Below, piece after piece: positions 19,452 to 28,429 of a stretch of 64,000 nt of DNA. The notes beneath the pieces were generated by a model. It was given only the letters and a program-made list of their open reading frames with translations, did no database searches and was not told the origin of the DNA. This stretch comes from Thermoproteota archaeon (GTDB lineage: Archaea; Korarchaeota; Korarchaeia; Korarchaeales; Korarchaeaceae). The translations under genes were made by a program, and so were the position numbers. The stretch lies in contig JAOZFI010000017.1 in NCBI GenBank assembly GCA_027491395.1, forward strand, positions 1 through 64,000. The letters run 5' to 3'. How positions within the stretch are numbered: position 1 is the stretch's first letter; each line of letters begins with the position of its first letter.

Positions 19452-20673
19452 GAAGTACCGTCCTAAAAGCTTGGATGAGATAAAGGGGCAGAATAAGGCC
19501 ATTAGTGAGATAAGAGAGTGGATGAGAAGCGTCAGGGCCGGCAAGGTGAGCAAGGCCCTGTTACTGGTAGGTCCGCCTGGATCAGGTAAGACCTCGGCAG
19601 CTTACGCGATAGCGTACGAGCTGGGATACGATCCAGTGGAGGTCAACGCTAGCGATCTCAGGGACAGGACCCATCTCAAGTATGTGGTAGAGAGCGCAAA
19701 GGCAGTCAGTCTGCTCACCCTCAGCAGGAGACTGATAGTCTTGGATGAGGTAGATGCTCTTCCCAGTGAGGGAGGAGCTTTGGTGTCCTTAGTGAAGGAA
19801 CTGATAACAAAGGAAGGAGTTCCTGTTGTGATGACGGCAAACAATCCATATGAGAGACACCTCTACGAGATAAGATCGCTGTCAAAGGTAGTCAGATTTT
19901 ACAGGCTCAGGTGGACCACTGTCCTATCCGTACTCAAGGAGATATGCAGGAAAGAGGGCGTGAAGGTACCTGATAATATCCTGAGGCAAATTGCCGTAAA
20001 TTCACAAGGGGATCTCAGGGCAGCCATTAACGACCTCGAAAGCCTCGTTAAGGGCAGTCACAAACTTTCTGAGGTTATTGGAAAGAAGTTCGGCAAGAGA
20101 GATGTTGAAGCTGATGTATTCAAGGTACTTACAGCCGTGTTTTATGGAGAGAACTGTTATTCTGCTTATCTGACGTCCCTCAATACAGATGTGGATCCTG
20201 ACATGCTCTTCAGATGGGTCGAGGAGAACTTACCCTACGTTTACAAGGGAAGAGCCCTCTCCAAGGCCTATGACTATCTATCCTACGCTGATATCGTGAG
20301 GAGCCGCATAATAAAGACGAATAACTGGAAACTTTTGGTTTACTACACTCAATTAACGACCTACGCGGTATGCACGGCCAAGGAGGCCAAGCCTCAGGGG
20401 GTGAAGATGAAATTCCCTGAGATAATCAGAAAGCTCGCTACGACCAAGGAACTCAGGACTAAGACGAGAGAATTCCTGTCTAGGCTTGCCAAGGAACTTC
20501 ACTTACCGACGAAGACTGTAAGGATGGAGATAGTCCCCATACTCATCGCTGATGGCAAGAGAGAGGGCAGGATCATAAAGAGATTGGAGAGGGATCTAGG
20601 GCTGAGGGAAGAGGACATTAGGGAAATACTAGAGGACCTAGAGGAGAACTACAAGTTAGAGATTAGAGGCTAA
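19429..20673 (+). CDS. rfcL: Replication factor C large subunit
   Basis: PWTEKYRP, GPPGSGKT, EVNASD, GDLRAAINDL; follows rfcS. Confidence 0.95.
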   Translation: MADLPWTEKYRPKSLDEIKGQNKAISEIREWMRSVRAGKVSKALLLVGPPGSGKTSAAYAIAYELGYDPVEVNASDLRDRTHLKYVVESAKAVSLLTLSRRLIVLDEVDALPSEGGALVSLVKELITKEGVPVVMTANNPYERHLYEIRSLSKVVRFYRLRWTTVLSVLKEICRKEGVKVPDNILRQIAVNSQGDLRAAINDLESLVKGSHKLSEVIGKKFGKRDVEADVFKVLTAVFYGENCYSAYLTSLNTDVDPDMLFRWVEENLPYVYKGRALSKAYDYLSYADIVRSRIIKTNNWKLLVYYTQLTTYAVCTAKEAKPQGVKMKFPEIIRKLATTKELRTKTREFLSRLAKELHLPTKTVRMEIVPILIADGKREGRIIKRLERDLGLREEDIREILEDLEENYKLEIRG

Positions 20674-21804
20674 GGGGCTCAATTCCTCTCTCAATATCTC
20701 CTTTAGCTTCTCTTGTAGCTTGTCCGCTGGTATAGAGCCGAGAGATATCAGGGTAGTCTGTCCCTTCATTCCCTCGCCCGACTTCTTTGCCTCCAAGAAC
20801 CCCATATTCTTGAGGTTCCTGACTCTCTTCCAGATGGCCGTGTACTTGTAGGGGAGAACTCCTACTTCTTCACACAAGAGCCTATATTCCTCCAATAGAT
20901 CGCCCATCTTTATCCAAGACCTCCCAGATGAGGCTAGCCTCTTAGACACCGCTAGGAGTAGTATCTTATCGTGGAGATCCAAGGGAGTCAGTGAGTCCTC
21001 CGTTATCCCGATGACCCCGATCCTCGAGGCCGCCTCGCTGACCATGTCCGGAGTTATCTTAGACAGATAAGCCTCTTCTGATAGCCTAGCTGCTAAATAC
21101 AGTATCTTCAGGGCCACTCTAGCGTTACCCATGTGTTCTGACAGCTCTACAACCTTACCCACGATCTCATCGTCGAAACTTCCCTCTTCCAAGGCTTCCT
21201 CAGCCCTGTACCTCACTATAGCCTCCAGCTGCTCTGGGGTGTACTTCTCTAAGGGGAGTCTGGTCACCATAAAGGACCTTATCGAGTCGTCCATCATATA
21301 AGGCGGATCCCACCTAGCGACCACCACGAGGGTCGGTGATTTGGGCGCATCTCCTTCATGAAGCCTCAGGAGGGTGTAGACTAGAGTATCTCCATCCCTG
21401 AGGTAGTCTACCTCGTCCAGAACTATTAGTAGATCTCTATCCTCTCCAGATAGCACCTTTTCAAGTATCAACACGACCTCCTCGTACGAGAGCCCCCTAT
21501 CCGGTACTCCGGGGAGGAGGGAGGAGACCACTCTCTGAACGACGGAAGTCGGCGTCCTGTAGGTCCTGCAGTTGATGTGGACGACATCTAGGGAATTCAG
21601 CTTCTCCTTCAATCTTGTAGATGATAACTTGGCTACCGACGTCTTACCCACTCCCGGCTCTCCTCGGATGAGTATGAGCCCCTCGGTCAGGCCATATCCG
21701 CTGGCCAATGTATTAACTAAGATGTCAACCTCTTTCTCCCTATATGGCAGCTTGGGTGGAGTATATGACTCCGAAAACTTGTGAGGATCCTTTATTATCG
21801 GTAT
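20656..21804 (-). CDS. cdc6: Orc1/Cdc6 replication initiator (start inferred at ATA 21804)
   Basis: GEPGVGKT, HINC, LDEVD, GNAR, C-terminal wHTH; conserved N-terminal YTPPKLPYRE lies in frame upstream of the ORF-track start. Confidence 0.9.
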   Translation of the reverse strand: MPIIKDPHKFSESYTPPKLPYREKEVDILVNTLASGYGLTEGLILIRGEPGVGKTSVAKLSSTRLKEKLNSLDVVHINCRTYRTPTSVVQRVVSSLLPGVPDRGLSYEEVVLILEKVLSGEDRDLLIVLDEVDYLRDGDTLVYTLLRLHEGDAPKSPTLVVVARWDPPYMMDDSIRSFMVTRLPLEKYTPEQLEAIVRYRAEEALEEGSFDDEIVGKVVELSEHMGNARVALKILYLAARLSEEAYLSKITPDMVSEAASRIGVIGITEDSLTPLDLHDKILLLAVSKRLASSGRSWIKMGDLLEEYRLLCEEVGVLPYKYTAIWKRVRNLKNMGFLEAKKSGEGMKGQTTLISLGSIPADKLQEKLKEILREELSPLASNL

Positions 21805-21884
21805 TTCACATCACCGAGTGTTATGTAGTGATGGGAAATAATTTCATTATGGTCCCCCATAGAGAGGGGGGTTAAGTGAAAGTA

Positions 21885-22907
21885 TTAATTCCTCCTTAAG
21901 GACCTTCTGTAGAGGAGATAGCCAGCTACCTCGAGCACCACGATCCCTAAGGACATACCTGCCACGACTACATCGGGACTCACGGGGTAGATAGGTATCT
22001 CGTTGGCCAGCTTGAGGGCGTAGGTTAGGTTGGAGCCCGCCCTCCTAGGAGCTAATGTGGAGAACTTGTAATAGAGGTCGAAGAGCTCCTTAGCTTTCTT
22101 GGCCGCTTCCTCGTCTAACGAGAGGATAGGGGATCTCCTGATCTCCGCGATCTTACGCCTTATTTGCTCCAGCATCCGAATCTCCTCTTGGGTGTGATTG
22201 ACTATCCCTAGGAAGAACCACCCGCTGTATCCAGATGATTCTCTGGTGTCCACCGTAGGGCTCTTCAACACCCATGAGACCACTACTCTGAGCTCCTTGG
22301 ACACGTTAGCTAGGTAGATAGCGTTTGGAGACGGTCTGGAGATACTTACCACGTAATTCTTCGGCAAGATGACTGTTAGGTTGAGGAGATCTAATTCTTT
22401 CACGAATAGCTTCGTTATGTTGCTGTAATCCTCTCTAGTAGTGTATATTATACCTTTCCTCCCCTCTGACTCTTTCGGGGCCCCTTTCTTGGCTTCTAGA
22501 TCTATCGTGAGCAGCAGATCTATTCTCTTAGACTTATTGCGGTATATGCTCCTGTGGATCTCCGCTTTCAGGTCAGTGGGATAAAATTCCATGTCGCCCC
22601 CTATATAGGGCCCTTTTACCGTCTCTTTTATGCTCTTTAAGAAGTTCCTCGTGTAGTTCTGTTCACCACCGGTCCGATTAAGCAGTCTTTCTAGGTCGTT
22701 AGCCCAGAGCCCATACCAACTGTAATTGACCACTACCTTGGCTGTAAACTCATCCTTGAAGAAGAAAGTGGCTTGGGTGCTCACATAGTGGGGCTTCTCC
22801 GAGAGGATCTCCGCCTTGGATGCTTGAGCCATAGGAACGAGAATCGCAAGTATCAGAACTGCCACGAGCGCGCCTTTGCCTATTTTTGTGCCATTCATCG
22901 AACACAC
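21885..22907 (-). CDS. Hypothetical secreted protein with C-terminal membrane anchor
   Basis: Signal peptide, several N-x-S/T sequons, C-terminal TM followed by RRSLRR. Confidence 0.7.
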   Translation of the reverse strand: MCSMNGTKIGKGALVAVLILAILVPMAQASKAEILSEKPHYVSTQATFFFKDEFTAKVVVNYSWYGLWANDLERLLNRTGGEQNYTRNFLKSIKETVKGPYIGGDMEFYPTDLKAEIHRSIYRNKSKRIDLLLTIDLEAKKGAPKESEGRKGIIYTTREDYSNITKLFVKELDLLNLTVILPKNYVVSISRPSPNAIYLANVSKELRVVVSWVLKSPTVDTRESSGYSGWFFLGIVNHTQEEIRMLEQIRRKIAEIRRSPILSLDEEAAKKAKELFDLYYKFSTLAPRRAGSNLTYALKLANEIPIYPVSPDVVVAGMSLGIVVLEVAGYLLYRRSLRRN

Positions 22908-23002
22908 CTTAGTCTGGAGATATGCAACACTTTTTCATTGGGCTAGATTATATAAACGTAGTTGGGGCTTAGACGTAGCCTAGAAAAGTGAGGGTCCTAT
23001 GA

Positions 23003-24139
23003 ATGCCGGATGAAAGCGATGTCAGGGTAGTAGAAGCTGGTTACATGCGCTGGATGCTCAGAGCTAACCCCTTCGCCTACCTGAGCAGTGAGAGTTTGGA
23101 AGAAGTGAGGACTCTGCATGTCGACACGGATGTGGACGAAAGACTAGCTCAACTGCTTGATGAGGTCATAAAAGGTAAGGAGAAGCACCTTGTTTTTCTG
23201 GTCGGCGAATTTGGAACGGGTAAGACCCATAGGCTCAGACTGATCAGCGAGATTCTCCTCGATGTGCCGACCTTCTACGTGAAGATAGATGTGGACGACT
23301 ATGAAGCTTCCCTCTACAGGATAGCTACTACTGTCAAGAAGATGCCTCCTCTGAAACCTCTCCGAAGGAAGTTTCCGAGAGACCCGGACTCTCTCTTCTC
23401 TATAATAAAGGAGGAGCTCAACAGGTACGATGTCGCAATACTCATGCTGGACGAGGTGGAGAACATTGTGATCTCGGGGACCCGAAAAGATGCTGAACTA
23501 TTCTCCGAGTTCATAAAGCGACTGTACAGGGGAATGGAGCCCGGCCGAATGCTGATAATAGCCTGCATCCCCCCGGCCTACGATATAATGAAGAGGCTTC
23601 TTGGCAAGATACCCCACGATAAGATCGAAATGAGGACTATAAGTCCCGAAGAGGCTAGTAAAATACTGAAGAAGAGAATACAGCACTACAGGGACATATT
23701 AAACGAAGAAGCAAGAGGTCTCAACTTAGGTGAGCCTTTCACGGAAGATCTGGTCAGGAAAATGAATGAGCTTGCTGGAGGAAATCCGAGGAGGTTGATG
23801 AAGCTGGCCAGAAATCTACTAGCTATGCTAACTAGGGAACTCAAGGAAAGCGGGAAACTCAGCCAAGACAAGATACTCATCCTGATTTCCGAGGCCAGTG
23901 AGGAAAAGGAGATCCCTAGAGAGAAGGAAGAAGAGGAAGAGGAGGTGATTCCCGAGGATATAAGGCCAGAGATAGCTATACTGCGTAAGAAGTTCCCACC
24001 AGGAACTACTTTCTCGCTCATAGAGGCTTCTAAGGCCTTGGAGATGAAGCTGACTCAGACGAGAGAGCTACTGCAAGAGCTTATGGAAGAGGGGTTTATA
24101 GAAAAGGCTCCTGGAGGGAGGTTCCTTCTCAGGAGCTAG
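23003..24139 (+). CDS. AAA+ P-loop ATPase with C-terminal winged helix
   Basis: GEFGTGKT, MLDEVE, GNPR sensor, acidic linker, wHTH-like tail. Confidence 0.8.
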   Translation: MPDESDVRVVEAGYMRWMLRANPFAYLSSESLEEVRTLHVDTDVDERLAQLLDEVIKGKEKHLVFLVGEFGTGKTHRLRLISEILLDVPTFYVKIDVDDYEASLYRIATTVKKMPPLKPLRRKFPRDPDSLFSIIKEELNRYDVAILMLDEVENIVISGTRKDAELFSEFIKRLYRGMEPGRMLIIACIPPAYDIMKRLLGKIPHDKIEMRTISPEEASKILKKRIQHYRDILNEEARGLNLGEPFTEDLVRKMNELAGGNPRRLMKLARNLLAMLTRELKESGKLSQDKILILISEASEEKEIPREKEEEEEEVIPEDIRPEIAILRKKFPPGTTFSLIEASKALEMKLTQTRELLQELMEEGFIEKAPGGRFLLRS

Positions 24140-24524
24140 TTTCTCCATATGCTTCAGTATCGAGCCTCTCTAAAACCCTCTCGAGCGATTCCCTCCATAA
24201 CTGCAGGATGTCCTTCGTTTCCATTTCCTTGAACGGTTCCTCCCCAAGGAACCTGTCGATCGAATGAACGATCATGAGTAATTCGTCCTTGTCCATCCTG
24301 ATGCTTTTTCCCAACAGGCTCCTCTCTTCGAAGTTGCCCTCTCTTAAGCTCTTCACTACCACTTGCAGATGCTCACGTAGGGTCGAGCCCTCATCGTAGC
24401 TTGAGAGCGCGTTAGAGATCCTCTTCAAGAGATCATCCTCGACTGACCCCTTTTTCCTGTACTCTAGAAGTGCCTTTGACAGTAGTTCCGACAGTCCATC
24501 CACTACAGAGCTGTCCATACCCAC
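24129..24524 (-). CDS. Hypothetical protein
   Basis: 131-aa helical ORF with GGAGG SD. Confidence 0.6.
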   Translation of the reverse strand: MGMDSSVVDGLSELLSKALLEYRKKGSVEDDLLKRISNALSSYDEGSTLREHLQVVVKSLREGNFEERSLLGKSIRMDKDELLMIVHSIDRFLGEEPFKEMETKDILQLWRESLERVLERLDTEAYGETSS

Positions 24525-24578
24525 ACCTCCCAGAGGAAGGAGGAGGCATTAATTAATATCATCCTCTCCACGTATAAG

Positions 24579-24644
24579 CTGGGGGGATGATGTAAAAGGG
24601 CCCTCTGATTCGTGAAGACGATCTTGAGTCCTGACTCCCCCCAG
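24579..24644 (+). ncRNA. Box C/D methylation guide sRNA
   Basis: C ATGATGT 24587, D' CTGA 24605, C' GTGAAGA 24612, D CTGA 24631, 11-12 nt guides, 8-bp terminal stem CTGGGGGG/CCCCCCAG, AT-rich TATA about 25 nt upstream. Confidence 0.88.
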
Positions 24645-24727
24645 AGAAATCCTCTATCGTTCTTAAACATCACTCCGTCTGTGGGAGGGATGAAAAACTT
24701 TATTTAAGGGACCTCCCACACCACAAG

Positions 24728-24803
24728 GGGCCGGTGGTCTAGCGGCTATGACGCCGCCTTGACGAGGCGGAGGTCGGGGGTTCGAGTCCCCCCCGGCCCA
24801 CCA
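24728..24803 (+). tRNA. tRNA-Val(GAC)
   Basis: Cloverleaf: GGGCCGG/CCGGCCC acceptor, CCGCC-TT GAC GA-GGCGG, GGTTCGAGTCC, encoded CCA; TTTATTTAA promoter upstream. Confidence 0.97.
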
Positions 24804-24825
24804 ATGAGAAAAGAGGGACAAGAAT

Positions 24826-25107
24826 ATGGCCAGATACTCGGTTTCTAGGCTCGCTGGTAAACCCATAATAACGGACAAGGGGCTCATGCTAGGAGAGGTT
24901 ACCGACTTGGTTGTAGATGAGATAACTGGTAAGATGATCTCTCTAGTGGTGAGGAGCAGCAGGGGAGCAGCTGATGCGTTGCTGCAGAAGCTGAAAAAGG
25001 ACAGAAAGGGCAACGTTCTTATCCCATACTCCACAGTGAAGTACATAAGGGAAATGATCGTTGTGGATGAGCGTCTCCTTAAGGTGTACATAGCTACTAA
25101 GGGTTAG
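24826..25107 (+). CDS. PRC-barrel domain protein
   Basis: L.GK.I.T..G..LG.V.DLVVD..TGK and IPY..V..I.E.IVV pattern. Confidence 0.85.
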   Translation: MARYSVSRLAGKPIITDKGLMLGEVTDLVVDEITGKMISLVVRSSRGAADALLQKLKKDRKGNVLIPYSTVKYIREMIVVDERLLKVYIATKG

Positions 25108-25361
25108 TCAAAGGCAGCTTCCACAGCGAAGGACCTTAACTCCTCTGTTAAGAGGGTAAGTATTGCCTTAACCTTCAGGACGTTAGGAACATCTTCCTCG
25201 TTCCAATAGAGTGGTATATTATTCCTACCCATCAGATTCAGCAACTCCTCTACCCTCTCAACCAAATATTCTACTTCTAGAGGGCTGGGATCTGGGAGCG
25301 ACCCCCTAGCGAACCTCCTTATCTCCACATTCTTCTCTAATACTAGGGTTAGCGACGCCAT
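25104..25361 (-). CDS. Hypothetical 85-aa protein
   Basis: ATG 25361 after GAGGAGGG; longer ORF-track version overlaps rpo8 and was trimmed. Confidence 0.55.
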   Translation of the reverse strand: MASLTLVLEKNVEIRRFARGSLPDPSPLEVEYLVERVEELLNLMGRNNIPLYWNEEDVPNVLKVKAILTLLTEELRSFAVEAAFD

Positions 25362-25428
25362 TCCCTCCTCTGGGATGAGGGAAGATGTTTTTATTACGGA
25401 GGAGTGGCAACGAAGGGGTGAAAGTTTG

Positions 25429-25773
25429 ATGGGAATAGAAGCCACCCTAGAGACCTTAGAAAGGGATCCCGTGTTCGACATAGAGGTGGCTAGGTTCAAA
25501 TCCAAGGATGGAGCCATCACCCTATTACTGGAGCTACCTAAAGATCTAAGAGATCTAACCAACCTGAAAAAGGGATCTAAGGTCCTGATAGATCTGGGCG
25601 AGGAGGCTAACGGAGATCTGGTCATGAAGGGGATGGTCTATAAGGTAGATGAAGGAGAAAAGAGGATCGAGGTGTCCTTTCACGGTCTCTGGCTGAGGAT
25701 GTCTTATAAGAAGAATCCGTTCGACTTGGAGGAGGGAAAGGAGGTATACCTAGTTATGAAACTCCTCAAGTAA
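25429..25773 (+). CDS. rpo8: RNA polymerase subunit Rpo8 (RpoG, RPB8 homolog)
   Basis: VMKGMVYKV and SFHGLWLRM resemble RPB8 VMYGxxY and SFGGLLM; OB-fold size. Confidence 0.75.
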   Translation: MGIEATLETLERDPVFDIEVARFKSKDGAITLLLELPKDLRDLTNLKKGSKVLIDLGEEANGDLVMKGMVYKVDEGEKRIEVSFHGLWLRMSYKKNPFDLEEGKEVYLVMKLLK

Positions 25774-25858
25774 ATGGAGCGTCTCAATATTTATGAAAAT
25801 TTTATTTAATTCACACGCAAGAAATGATTAAAACTGTGAGAAATTCATGCTATAATGT

Positions 25859-26590
25859 ATGAGGAGATGTCCGTTATGCGGATCTCCCCTCTATGATGAG
25901 GGAGGATTGCTGGTCTGTGGGAATTGTGGATTCATAGCCGACGAAGACCTAGTGCCCAGCGTGTTTGATCGCAATGATTCTCCGATGATGAGTAGAAGCA
26001 GATCATTGGAGCATATAGGAAGGGAACTGGGTCTCCCAGATGAAGTTATTAAGCTAGCTGAAGAGCTCGTAAGGGCATATAACTCCTTACATGGCAGGAT
26101 TCACACATCTTCGATACTCTTAGCAGCCCTAGTAGTGGCTAGCAGGCTGCAAGGATCTCCTATACCCATAAAAGAGGCGATAAGACGTCTCTCTATTGGA
26201 GTATCACCTTCGAGAGTGGCTTTCTACGTGGGGAAGATCGATGAGCTGATACCTAGGAAGGGGGTCCCTTGGGAGGGTTACATAAACTACCTGATAGCCA
26301 AGATGTCTAGAGACGAGGAATTCATGAGGAAACTGGAAAAGGCTTCAGGTAAAGTGGACCCAAAGCTTCTCTTGGAGAGGCTCAGAATGAGAGCGTTGAA
26401 GGAAATGAAGGAACTGAGAAACAGAAAGAGATCCATCTTAGTAGGGAGGAACCCCGTATACATCGCTGCCGCAGTTGTGTATATGGCCGGAAGGAAGATA
26501 GGAATGAGATACCTCTCGCAAGGAATGATCGCTGATCTGCTAGGAGCCAACAGATCTACTATCTCCAAGGTCTTGGGCTTGGTGAAATGA
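25859..26590 (+). CDS. Short TFB/TFIIB paralog
   Basis: N-terminal CPLC..CGNCG zinc ribbon, two cyclin repeats, GRNP..IAAA.VY, SQ..IA. Confidence 0.82.
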   Translation: MRRCPLCGSPLYDEGGLLVCGNCGFIADEDLVPSVFDRNDSPMMSRSRSLEHIGRELGLPDEVIKLAEELVRAYNSLHGRIHTSSILLAALVVASRLQGSPIPIKEAIRRLSIGVSPSRVAFYVGKIDELIPRKGVPWEGYINYLIAKMSRDEEFMRKLEKASGKVDPKLLLERLRMRALKEMKELRNRKRSILVGRNPVYIAAAVVYMAGRKIGMRYLSQGMIADLLGANRSTISKVLGLVK

Positions 26591-26730
26591 TGGAGGAGAA
26601 ACTGGAGCTTGAGTCCATAGAGCATCAGATAGAATACCTGTTCTTCAGATTGGACGACATAATCTCTAGGATACGTGAAATTGAATCTAGATTGGAGCTG
26701 CTGGAGAGGAAGGTCCTCCATGATGGCTGA
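26587..26730 (+). CDS. 47-aa coiled-coil protein (below ORF-track cutoff)
   Basis: MMEEKLELESIEHQIEYLFFRLDDIISRIREIESRLELLERKVLHDG; ATGA overlap with tfb stop and overlap with the next start. Confidence 0.7.
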   Translation: MMEEKLELESIEHQIEYLFFRLDDIISRIREIESRLELLERKVLHDG

Positions 26731-28429
26731 TAGAGGAGATATGCTTGTCATAGCGACTTTCATCCTGCTAGCGGGCATTTTGGTGTACAAGAGAGGACAT
26801 CAGCTCCTATCCTCTCTGGATCTGCTATCCATCGCTAGGTATTTAACCCCTCTAACGTTGGTCCTCCCTCCTATAATCGTAGCTCTCAAGCTCAGAGGGG
26901 GTAGGAGAGGAAGTCCATCCATCAACGCCGCTCTCGTGAGCACAGATAGAGGGACATTCCTAGCAGCACCTCTGAGGATCGAGGTTAAGGGAAGCGAGTC
27001 CCAGCTCGATTTCAATTCACTGAGCAATATGCTTGAGGATTTGGGCGTGGGGATCACAGTAATCATCAACAGGTGGCCTGGGAGGACTTTCCTTTCTTGG
27101 AAGCAGGAGGGTAGCCTGTTCCTAAGTGGGCTGATATGGAGAAAGCTAGATAGCTTGGAGGAGACACAGAGCATGATAAAAGCGGCAATATCTGCCTTAA
27201 ACAGTTCTATGGATGGAATAAAGGTAGAGATCGACCAGAGAATCAAATTGGATCCTGAACTATTCTCCGAAATAATGAGTATGGGTTATGAGGGTGAGGA
27301 ACTCTCTGTCAGGGTGGGTAGAGGGGAGAGGACCGATATCTCTGTAATTGAGCTAGGAGAGAGTGCGGGCAGGACGTTCGGCATATCCCTCAGGGACCTC
27401 ACTAGACACATCCTCATAATCGGCCAAACCGGTTCTGGTAAGACCACCACCGCTAAGAGAATAATTTATGAGGCTTGGAACCTCGGCATACCCTCTCTAA
27501 TTCTCGATATTCACTGGGAATACAAGGGGTTCGTGTTTCAGCTGGGAGGCAGGATCTTCTCGACCAAGGAGGGATTGCCCCTCGCCTGCATAAACCCACT
27601 ATCGGACTTACACGAGGTGGGAGCAACATTCTTGATATCAGAAACTCTTTCCTCTATACTAGATCTAACCCCTTCTCAGTTTTACCTAATGAATCGGGCT
27701 CTCAAGATGCTGAGAGATCTATCCATGAGTGGCACAGTACCCAACCTCAAAGACCTTGTGGAGATGGTGCGGACCATGGAACCGACATCCCACGCCGAAG
27801 AAGAGAGCAGAGCATCACTCCTGAGGAAGATAGAGCCGATAGTCAGCTCGCCCGGTGCAGAGATCTTTGACTGCGACAACCTCAACGAGAGGATATTGGG
27901 GGAGACCATATCCCTCATAGAGATGGGAGATGTAGAGAGCGATATCTTGAAGCAGATAGCTGTCTTCTTCATCCTAAAGAGGTTAAAGGACCTGTTCACT
28001 CAGGAAGAAAGGAAATCCACCTACCCTAAACTGATCGTAGTAATCGAGGAGGCTGAGAAGGTCCTTCCCAGCTACAAGGATGCTACGGGCATGGATATTG
28101 TAGACAGACTGTTCTCAGAGCTCAGGAAGTTCGGCGTGTCCTTGGTGCTAGTATCCCAGAATATCTCCGAGATACCTGAGGGGGTCGTGAGGAACGCTGG
28201 CACTAAGATATTTCACAGGATAGACTCACCGTCCGATGTGAAGGGGATCAAATCCTTGATAAGCGACAGGGAAATTGTAGATAGGATAACCAGACTGTCT
28301 ACTGGGGAGTGCATTATCTCAACTCTAAAATACATCAATACGGTAAAGATCTCACCGCCAGAGGAGGAATTACTCGATCCCAAGTTCATAGAAGGAGTGG
28401 TATTGAGGGAGAGGTTCTACTTCCCGTGA
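26720..28429 (+). CDS. Membrane-anchored HerA/FtsK/VirB4-like ATPase (DUF87)
   Basis: Two N-terminal TM; HILIIGQTGSGKT, LDIHWEY, VIEEAE, ELRKFG..LVSQ. Confidence 0.88.
   Translation: MMADRGDMLVIATFILLAGILVYKRGHQLLSSLDLLSIARYLTPLTLVLPPIIVALKLRGGRRGSPSINAALVSTDRGTFLAAPLRIEVKGSESQLDFNSLSNMLEDLGVGITVIINRWPGRTFLSWKQEGSLFLSGLIWRKLDSLEETQSMIKAAISALNSSMDGIKVEIDQRIKLDPELFSEIMSMGYEGEELSVRVGRGERTDISVIELGESAGRTFGISLRDLTRHILIIGQTGSGKTTTAKRIIYEAWNLGIPSLILDIHWEYKGFVFQLGGRIFSTKEGLPLACINPLSDLHEVGATFLISETLSSILDLTPSQFYLMNRALKMLRDLSMSGTVPNLKDLVEMVRTMEPTSHAEEESRASLLRKIEPIVSSPGAEIFDCDNLNERILGETISLIEMGDVESDILKQIAVFFILKRLKDLFTQEERKSTYPKLIVVIEEAEKVLPSYKDATGMDIVDRLFSELRKFGVSLVLVSQNISEIPEGVVRNAGTKIFHRIDSPSDVKGIKSLISDREIVDRITRLSTGECIISTLKYINTVKISPPEEELLDPKFIEGVVLRERFYFP

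Noticed and set aside
21816-21884. Replication origin next to cdc6
   Set aside because: Only about 70 bp, with no repeated ORB motifs.
22606-22619. 13-nt match to the D' guide region of the C/D sRNA
   Set aside because: The match has the same sense as the mRNA of that gene, so it cannot be a pairing target; probably chance.
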